Positions 58,288 to 64,000 of a stretch of DNA of 64,000 nt are shown here, piece after piece (position 1 is the first letter of the stretch; the number at the start of each line of letters is the position of its first letter). The notes beneath the pieces are model-generated. The model made no database searches, was not told the origin of the DNA, and was given only the letters and a program-made list of their open reading frames with translations. The position numbers and the translations under genes are program-made. This DNA is from a bacterium (GTDB lineage: Bacteria; Patescibacteriota; JABMPQ01; JBDRIV01): assembly GCA_043815505.1 (NCBI GenBank), contig JBDRIV010000002.1:246943-310942 (forward strand), given 5' to 3'.

Positions 58288-58741
58288 CATACTCTTAAAA
58301 TGTAATACATGTGAAAAGATATTTTCTTCTGGTATAGCAATGACCGTAGGATCTTCAGCCACTTTTGAAAACAACAAATCTCAATGTGCTTTTTGTGGTT
58401 CCATGGAAAGCATTCCTGATGGGACATTTAAATCAACTGTAAAAGGTATAATTAAAATATTAAATACAAGTGAGAATCGAAAAGAGCAGGCCGAAGAATT
58501 ATATACAGAGCTAAAGAGTGCTAGAACAAAAGAAGATTTGACCACTTTAAAGGGGTCGTCAAAACTATCAAAATTTAAGAACTGGATTCCTGATTCCCCA
58601 GAAAAAATAGCTGCATATCTTATAATAATTCAAGTGTTTATACAGCTATGTTCAAAATCACCAGAAGTTAATATTGAATACAATAATTTTGTGTCTGAAT
58701 ACAATATAGTTTTAGACAATGATAAGGAGTCTAGAAAGTGA
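58280..58741 (+). CDS. Hypothetical protein with N-terminal zinc ribbon
   Basis: CNTC...CAFC; overlaps the Shedu-like stop. Confidence 0.65.
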   Translation: MNDILLKCNTCEKIFSSGIAMTVGSSATFENNKSQCAFCGSMESIPDGTFKSTVKGIIKILNTSENRKEQAEELYTELKSARTKEDLTTLKGSSKLSKFKNWIPDSPEKIAAYLIIIQVFIQLCSKSPEVNIEYNNFVSEYNIVLDNDKESRK

Positions 58742-58796
58742 GTTTAATTGCAAAACAAGCCAAAAGGAGCCGCTATTCAAAATATACTGAAAAACC

Positions 58797-58824
58797 TTGA
58801 CTACCATAAATTAAGTGGTATACT
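58797..58824 (+). promoter_or_regulatory. rpsB promoter (extended -10)
   Basis: TTGACT-16nt-TATACT with TGn. Confidence 0.6.
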
Positions 58825-58856
58825 TATTTCTAGCCAATAAAACGGCTTTTTATTAA

Positions 58857-58962
58857 TAACACACATTTTCTGATTGGTTGGTTCCTGCCAAAACTCTTGC
58901 AAAAGAGCGTGGTCACCAAGCAAAATGACGAAAATGTTAGCTGGGTTCAGAAAAATCACCCA
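58857..58962 (+). promoter_or_regulatory. Putative S2 autoregulatory leader
   Basis: ACACAC motif and nested stems in the rpsB 5' UTR. Confidence 0.45.
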
Positions 58963-58977
58963 ATAAAGGATAAACAA

Positions 58978-59697
58978 ATGAATAAAGTAGAGAAAGTAGA
59001 AATGCTCAAAGCAGGTGTTCATTTTGGCCACAGAACTTCTAAGTGGAATCCCAAAATGGAGCCTTTTATTTTTACCAATCGCCAAGGTGTTCACATCATC
59101 GATTTGGATAAAACTGAAGAGTATTTAAATCGTGCCTTAGAATTTGTGGCACAAATTGCTGCCAAAGGTGGTACTGTTTTGTTTGTTGCAAGCAAAAGAC
59201 AGGCTAAAGATTTGGTAAAGAAAGCAGCCGAAGACTGCAACATGCCTTATGTAACAGAACGTTGGTTGGGTGGAACGTTCACTAATTTTCTAACCATTTC
59301 CAAACGCACCAGAAAATTACGCGATTTGGAAGCAGCCGAGCGAACGGGAGAACTCAAAAAATATACCAAAAAAGAACAGTTGGTGAAAAAGGAAGAGATT
59401 AAAAAATTGAATCATTTTATGGGTGGAATTAAAAATATGACCAGTCTTCCCGATGCAGTTTTCTTAATTGATGTTATAAAAGAAAAAGTGGCAGTTAGCG
59501 AAATTAAAAAAGCCAAAGTGCCTTTAATTGCTCTAATTGATACTAATGCTGATCCAGCGATTGCTGAATATCCCATTCCTTCTAATGACGACGCCATTAA
59601 AGTTATTGAGTTGATGGTTAATGCCGTGCGTGATGCTGTTAAAGACAATTTCAAAACACCAATTGTAAAAAATGATAATCAACCAAACAAAAAATAA
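58978..59697 (+). CDS. rpsB: 30S ribosomal protein S2
   Basis: AGVHFGH, WNPKM, RWLGG, DTN; ATG at 58978. Confidence 0.98.
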   Translation: MNKVEKVEMLKAGVHFGHRTSKWNPKMEPFIFTNRQGVHIIDLDKTEEYLNRALEFVAQIAAKGGTVLFVASKRQAKDLVKKAAEDCNMPYVTERWLGGTFTNFLTISKRTRKLRDLEAAERTGELKKYTKKEQLVKKEEIKKLNHFMGGIKNMTSLPDAVFLIDVIKEKVAVSEIKKAKVPLIALIDTNADPAIAEYPIPSNDDAIKVIELMVNAVRDAVKDNFKTPIVKNDNQPNKK

Positions 59698-59712
59698 TTA
59701 ATTATTAAAAAA

Positions 59713-60297
59713 ATGATCAAAGCAACTGAAGTACAAGAATTAAGAGCCAAAACCGGCGCCGGTTTAATGGATTGTAAAAAAGCCTTAACGGAAGCAAAAG
59801 GGGACATGGCCAAAGCCTTAGAAGTTTTAAAAAAGAAAGATGCTAAAATTGCTGCTAAAAAATCTGATCGCGATGCCAGCGAAGGTGTTGTTGGAACTTA
59901 TCTTCATACTAATCACAAAATTGGTGTGCTGGTTGAAGTAAATTGTGAAACAGATTTTGTAGCCAGAAATGAAGAGTTTAGAACTTTCGTTCATGATTTA
60001 GCTGTGCACATTGCAGCGGCTAATCCCCAGGTCATAAAACCTGAAGACGTAACTGCTGAAATGCTAACCGAACAAAAAAAGATTTGGGAACAGGAAATGG
60101 CAAAAGATAATAAACCCAAAGAAATTATGGAAAAAGCTATGGCTGGAAAAGAAAAGAAGTATAAAGAAGAAATTGCTCTACTTACGCAATCATTTTATAA
60201 AGACCAAGAAAAAACTGTTGGTGATGTGGTAACCGAAAAAACTGGTAAAATTGGTGAAAGAATTGAAGTTGCTCGCTTTGTTCGTTACCAAATGTAA
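59713..60297 (+). CDS. tsf: Elongation factor Ts (short form)
   Basis: TGAGLMDCKKAL, EVNCETDFV. Confidence 0.97.
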   Translation: MIKATEVQELRAKTGAGLMDCKKALTEAKGDMAKALEVLKKKDAKIAAKKSDRDASEGVVGTYLHTNHKIGVLVEVNCETDFVARNEEFRTFVHDLAVHIAAANPQVIKPEDVTAEMLTEQKKIWEQEMAKDNKPKEIMEKAMAGKEKKYKEEIALLTQSFYKDQEKTVGDVVTEKTGKIGERIEVARFVRYQM

Positions 60298-61010
60298 TGA
60301 GTAAACTTTCGTACAAGAAAATTTTACTAAAAGCTAGTGGAACTCTTCTTGTTCGCGAAGCTGGTTTTGGTATCAGCTCGGCTGCCCTAGCCGAAATTGC
60401 GGGTGAGGTCAAAAAAGCTCAGGATCACAAGCTACAAATTGCAATTGAAATTGGTGGCGGTAATCTTTATAGATTTCGTAATGCTGATAAAGGAATAAAT
60501 CGCGTAACAGCTGACCAAGCAGGAATGATGGCTTCTATTATGAATGCTATTCATTTACGCGACGCTCTTCAATCTGAAGGATTAGAAGTTCTAATTCATT
60601 CCAGTTATTACTTACCAGAATTATTACCCCGCTACGACATGAAAGAAGTTAGAGATGCTTATGATGCTGGTAAAATTGTAATTTTTGCAGCTGGTACTGG
60701 CAAACCATATTTTACAACTGATACTGGCGCTGCTTTACATGCTGTAGCTATTGGAGCGGAAGTGATTATTAAAGCCACCGATGTTGATGGTGTTTATGAT
60801 TCAGATCCGGACGAAAACGTTGGTGCTAAACGTTATGACAAATTAACTTTTGCCGAGGCTATAGAAAAAAAATTGGCAGTGATGGATAAAACAGCTTTTG
60901 AATTGTGCCAACAAAACAATCTGCCAATAATAGTATTTAACGGAACCAAAGATAATTTTTTGGATAGTTTGATAAAAAATAAAGCGGAGGGGACATTAGT
61001 AACAAATTAA
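60297..61010 (+). CDS. pyrH: UMP kinase
   Basis: GGGN, D..GMMA, FTTD, VDGVYDSDP, VMD.TA. Confidence 0.93.
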   Translation: MSKLSYKKILLKASGTLLVREAGFGISSAALAEIAGEVKKAQDHKLQIAIEIGGGNLYRFRNADKGINRVTADQAGMMASIMNAIHLRDALQSEGLEVLIHSSYYLPELLPRYDMKEVRDAYDAGKIVIFAAGTGKPYFTTDTGAALHAVAIGAEVIIKATDVDGVYDSDPDENVGAKRYDKLTFAEAIEKKLAVMDKTAFELCQQNNLPIIVFNGTKDNFLDSLIKNKAEGTLVTN

Positions 61011-61011
61011 A

Positions 61012-61644
61012 ATGACATTTTCATTTTGGCCACAAATTATACTGATTCTATCTATAGTTGTACTCTTAGTGATTATTGGGAAAAAATATTCTAATCTTCA
61101 AAAAACACCAACCATAGAGGTTATTGCTCGTAAAAAGAATAAAAAGAATAGACAGAAAAAATTTGATTGGAAATCATTTTTGATTAATATCTGGAAGAAT
61201 ATATACACTTTGATTAGGGGACTCGGACGATATGTAGTTAAACTAATGGCAACTCTAATTACTTGGCTAGGAAAAATTACCGGCCGAAAATTAGTGGTAA
61301 AATCTGAACATGAAGTTGGTGACAAGATAGTGGAAACACCGCTTGTTGACGAAGTAACAGATGATGAATCGGTACCTTTAATGCAAAGCAAAGCTCAAAA
61401 ACATTTAGAAAATAGTGAATTGGATAAAGCAGAAGAATTGTATATCAAAATTGTAGCCATTGAACCAAAAAGCACTGAAGCTTATATGGGATTAGGAAAG
61501 ATTAATGCTCTGAGAAAAAATTTAGGAGATGCAAAAGCTTCATACCGACAAGTTATGAAACTTGATCCAGAAAATAAGGATGCTCAAACAGAATTGACTC
61601 GATTAAATGAAGCTGAAGATAAAATGGAGAACGGCGAAAAGTAA
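61012..61644 (+). CDS. Membrane-anchored tetratricopeptide repeat protein
   Basis: N-terminal TM, C-terminal TPRs (AYMGLG...A..SY....KLDPEN). Confidence 0.8.
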   Translation: MTFSFWPQIILILSIVVLLVIIGKKYSNLQKTPTIEVIARKKNKKNRQKKFDWKSFLINIWKNIYTLIRGLGRYVVKLMATLITWLGKITGRKLVVKSEHEVGDKIVETPLVDEVTDDESVPLMQSKAQKHLENSELDKAEELYIKIVAIEPKSTEAYMGLGKINALRKNLGDAKASYRQVMKLDPENKDAQTELTRLNEAEDKMENGEK

Positions 61645-61645
61645 T

Positions 61646-61726
61646 TTGCATAGAGCTAATAGCTTATGGCGAATGGCACAAGGAAATGTATTTGTTATAA
61701 TATAATTAGCTATTGGTAATAAGCCA
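61646..61726. repeat. Inverted heptamer array
   Basis: ttgcata gagctaa tagctta tggcgaa tggcaca ... ttagcta ttggtaa taagcca. Confidence 0.75.
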
Positions 61727-61731
61727 ACCTA

Positions 61732-61767
61732 CCGAAGTAGCTCAGTGGCTAGAGTCCCGCTCCAGTT
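61732..61767 (+). pseudogene. tRNA-Thr 5' fragment fused to a family B left end
   Basis: CCGAAGTAGCTCAGTGGCTAGAG duplicated from the tRNA at 61774, then CCCGCTCCAGTT. Confidence 0.65.
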
Positions 61768-61773
61768 CACTTT

Positions 61774-61846
61774 GCCGAAGTAGCTCAGTGGCTAGAGCAG
61801 CTGTTTTGTAAACAGCAGGTCGTGGGTTCGAATCCCACCTTCGGCT
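61774..61846 (+). tRNA. tRNA-Thr (TGT)
   Basis: GCCGAAG...CTTCGGC-T, anticodon loop TTTGTAA. Confidence 0.95.
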
Positions 61847-61850
61847 AAAA

Positions 61851-61954
61851 TAGCTTATAGAAAATGGCTAATAGTTAATAGCGAATGGAATAATGTAAAT
61901 TAGGTGAAAGATCATTACAGATACAATATGCAATTAGTTATAGGCTATAAGCCA
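61851..61954. repeat. Inverted heptamer array
   Basis: tagctta tagaaaa tggctaa tagttaa tagcgaa ... tatgcaa ttagtta taggcta taagcca. Confidence 0.75.
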
Positions 61955-61958
61955 ATTA

Positions 61959-62033
61959 GCCGATGTAGCTCAGGGGTAGAGCAACTCCATGGTAAGGAGT
62001 AGGTCGGCGGTTCAATTCCGCCCATCGGCTCCA
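61959..62033 (+). tRNA. tRNA-Thr (GGT)
   Basis: GCCGATG...CATCGGC-TCCA, anticodon loop ATGGTAA. Confidence 0.95.
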
Positions 62034-62038
62034 GGAAT

Positions 62039-62106
62039 TAGCATATTGCTTATAGCATGTAGCTAATAGCAAATACTATTCGCTATAAGCTATTGGTCAT
62101 AAGCCA
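62039..62106. repeat. Inverted heptamer array
   Basis: tagcata ttgctta tagcatg tagctaa tagcaaa ... ttcgcta taagcta ttggtca taagcca. Confidence 0.75.
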
Positions 62107-62110
62107 ATGT

Positions 62111-62213
62111 GGGCAGGTGGCAGAGCGGTCAAATGTATCAGACTGTAAATCTGACGTCTTACGACTACGGGGGTTCTCACCCTGCGGGTGATCAGCCTTT
62201 GGCTGAGAATCCC
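62111..62213 (+). pseudogene. tRNA-Tyr duplicate with 30-nt double-hairpin insert in the T-loop, lacking the 3' acceptor strand
   Basis: Identical to 62268-62333, then TTC|TCACCCTGCGGGTGA TCAGCCTTTGGCTGA|GAATCCC. Confidence 0.8.
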
Positions 62214-62267
62214 AATAGTAAAATAATACTAAGTGCTAATAATATAAATTCAAAATATATCTTATGT

Positions 62268-62350
62268 GGGCAGGTGGCAGAGCGGTCAAATGTATCAGAC
62301 TGTAAATCTGACGTCTTACGACTACGGGGGTTCGAATCCCTCCCTGCCCA
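62268..62350 (+). tRNA. tRNA-Tyr (GTA)
   Basis: GGGCAGG...CCTGCCC-A, anticodon loop CTGTAAA, long variable arm. Confidence 0.95.
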
Positions 62351-62381
62351 TAGATAAATCAATTATTAGAAAGTAAATTAA

Positions 62382-62537
62382 ATGTCACAAGACAATCTAA
62401 TCAAATTTGAATGCATGGAATGCAAAAGAGTTAACTATCATTCTCAAAAGAATAAAAAAACTATCAAAGATCGTTTACACATGAACAAGTATTGTAAATG
62501 GTGCAAAAAACATACTGAACACAAAGAAACTAAATAG
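62382..62537 (+). CDS. rpmG: 50S ribosomal protein L33
   Basis: [19 protein letters not shown]...[16 protein letters not shown] (below ORF-track cutoff). Confidence 0.95.
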   Translation: MSQDNLIKFECMECKRVNYHSQKNKKTIKDRLHMNKYCKWCKKHTEHKETK

Positions 62538-62599
62538 CATATGGCTTAGGGCGTATGGTGTAGAGCACAATAAATCTATTTGTTCTTAGCTATATGCCA
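62535..62599. repeat. Inverted heptamer array
   Basis: tagcata tggctta gggcgta tggtgta gagcaca ... ttagcta tatgcca. Confidence 0.7.
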
Positions 62600-62603
62600 A
62601 TTA

Positions 62604-62677
62604 GGGAGCTTAGTTAAGTGGTATAATTGTGGACTCCAAATCCACAGTCGGGGGTTCGATTCCCTCAGCTCCTGCCA
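62604..62677 (+). tRNA. tRNA-Trp (CCA)
   Basis: GGGAGCT...AGCTCCT-GCCA, anticodon loop CTCCAAA. Confidence 0.93.
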
Positions 62678-62681
62678 ATAT

Positions 62682-62710
62682 AAAAAACAATGTGTACGGC
62701 ATTGTTTTTA
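62682..62710 (+). terminator. Intrinsic terminator
   Basis: AAAAAACAATG...CATTGTTTTT. Confidence 0.55.
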
Positions 62711-62847
62711 TGTTAGATTTAAATTAAATAAAAGTGTATAATAATGCTAGAAAATGTTAAATAACAAATCAATGGTTTAATCATTATAAAGAATTGGCAT
62801 TTAAAAAAGTTATCATTAACATAATAAATAATTAATAAAAAACAAAA

Positions 62848-64000
62848 ATGAACAACCTAAAAAAATATTTAGTAGGTCACTCAGTTTTTCTTGTTTTATT
62901 TTTAATTGCTGTTCTGTTAATTGCTTTTGGAATCTGGTATGTCAATATAAAACCAGACGGGAAGTCTAGTGAATATGAATCTGTAGTCCTGACCGGCGTA
63001 CTTAATCCTGATGGTCAAATTACGTTGAATGGTCAGACAAATATCACGGGACCAATTGACATTGTTGGAAAACTTCAGCCAGATGGTACATTCTTGTTGG
63101 AAAGTGCAGATAGTGATGTGACTTTTAGTGGGACGGTGAATTTGATAGGTAATACAGAATTGAAAGAATTAGGTTACATTGGCGTAACGGATGAAATCAG
63201 CTTGACTGGCCAAGTCGGGCCAGATGGTAAGATTGGCCTGACTGGCAATATTGGCATACAAGGCCCACAAGGTCTTATTGGTTTAACGGGTGAAATCGGA
63301 CCAGGGGGTGAGGTTGGTTTAGTTGGTAGTATCGGTTCACAAGGTTCACAAGGCCCAATTGGTTTAACCGGACAGATTGGACCAGGGGGTGAGGTTGGCT
63401 TGGTTGGTCCTCAGGGCATCATTGGTTTAACCGGACAGATTGGACCAGAAGGAAAAAATGGTCTAGAAGGTGCTCAGGGTAAGATTGGTTTAACCGGACA
63501 GATTGGACCAGAAGGCGAAGTTGGTCTTACAGGTGGTTTTGGACCAGAAGGTCCAATTGGCCTGACAGGAGATATTGGCTTAACTGGCCCAATTGGCCTG
63601 ACAGGAGATATTGGTATAACTGGTGATATTGGTTCTCAAGGACCCCAGGGCGAAATCGGACCCCAAGGTACAACTGGTGACATTGGTCCTCAAGGACCCC
63701 AAGGTGCAACTGGTGACATTGGTTCTCAAGGACCCCAGGGCGAAATCGGACCCCAAGGTACAACTGGTGACATTGGTCCTCAAGGACCCCAGGGCGAAAC
63801 CGGACCTCAAGGACCCTCTAGTGGATCAGTTATAGTTGTTGGAACAACAGTCACTTCTACCCCAGTTTCTCCTATTGGATATATAATGACAGCAACTGCT
63901 TCATGCGCTCCAGACAAAAATGTATTAGGAGGAGGGGCAAAGATAACCACCACAGATTCTGCGAAAGGAAAAGTTGTTTTACGATCATCATATCCAAGTT
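62848..64000 (+). CDS. Membrane-anchored collagen-like protein, 3' truncated by window edge
   Basis: ATG 62848, N-terminal TM, long Gly-X-Y run (about 63205-63815), then ATASC....VLGGG domain; frame open to the window end. Confidence 0.85.
   Translation, partial: MNNLKKYLVGHSVFLVLFLIAVLLIAFGIWYVNIKPDGKSSEYESVVLTGVLNPDGQITLNGQTNITGPIDIVGKLQPDGTFLLESADSDVTFSGTVNLIGNTELKELGYIGVTDEISLTGQVGPDGKIGLTGNIGIQGPQGLIGLTGEIGPGGEVGLVGSIGSQGSQGPIGLTGQIGPGGEVGLVGPQGIIGLTGQIGPEGKNGLEGAQGKIGLTGQIGPEGEVGLTGGFGPEGPIGLTGDIGLTGPIGLTGDIGITGDIGSQGPQGEIGPQGTTGDIGPQGPQGATGDIGSQGPQGEIGPQGTTGDIGPQGPQGETGPQGPSSGSVIVVGTTVTSTPVSPIGYIMTATASCAPDKNVLGGGAKITTTDSAKGKVVLRSSYPS

Noticed and set aside
62109-62357. 82-aa ORF with internal repeat (also 10744-10983, 2126-2365, 1637-1819, 2650-2838)
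   Set aside because: Spurious translations across tRNA genes and repeat elements.
63527-63835. Three short repetitive ORFs
   Set aside because: Alternative frames of the collagen-like CDS that starts at 62848.

Overview
A low-GC, gene-dense bacterial chromosome segment. It is most consistent with a Patescibacteria/CPR (Parcubacteria-like) genome: tight or overlapping operons, mostly SD-less starts, several GT-C glycosyltransferases, short ThrS and EF-Ts, and DUF3048 and collagen-like surface proteins. It carries housekeeping genes (pheST, gyrB, secE-nusG-rplK-rplA, dut, tmk, gatB, miaA, miaB, thrS, dnaE, rodA, rplY, prmC, prfA, rpmE, rpsB-tsf-pyrH, rpmG) and 8 intact tRNAs. It also has a complete V/A-type (probably Na+) ATPase operon, an SbcD-YhaN-helicase/nuclease operon, a CarS-like gene and a Shedu-like defence nuclease. 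The most unusual content is non-coding. (A) There are 8 copies of an inverted-repeat element CCCRGTAGTACAA...TTGTACTACYGGG; six end exactly at a gene's ATG and four are ATG-element-ATG. (B) Duplicated tRNA pieces carry the same double-hairpin insert at the same T-loop position. (C) A shared structured leader lies upstream of three tRNA loci. (D) Inverted 7-nt-period arrays sit mainly next to tRNAs. (E) Further small palindromic elements are inserted in frame in gyrB, rplY and pheS, and into the putative L1 operator. No transposase or integrase gene is visible in the window. All product calls come from motif recognition by eye, not from database searches.
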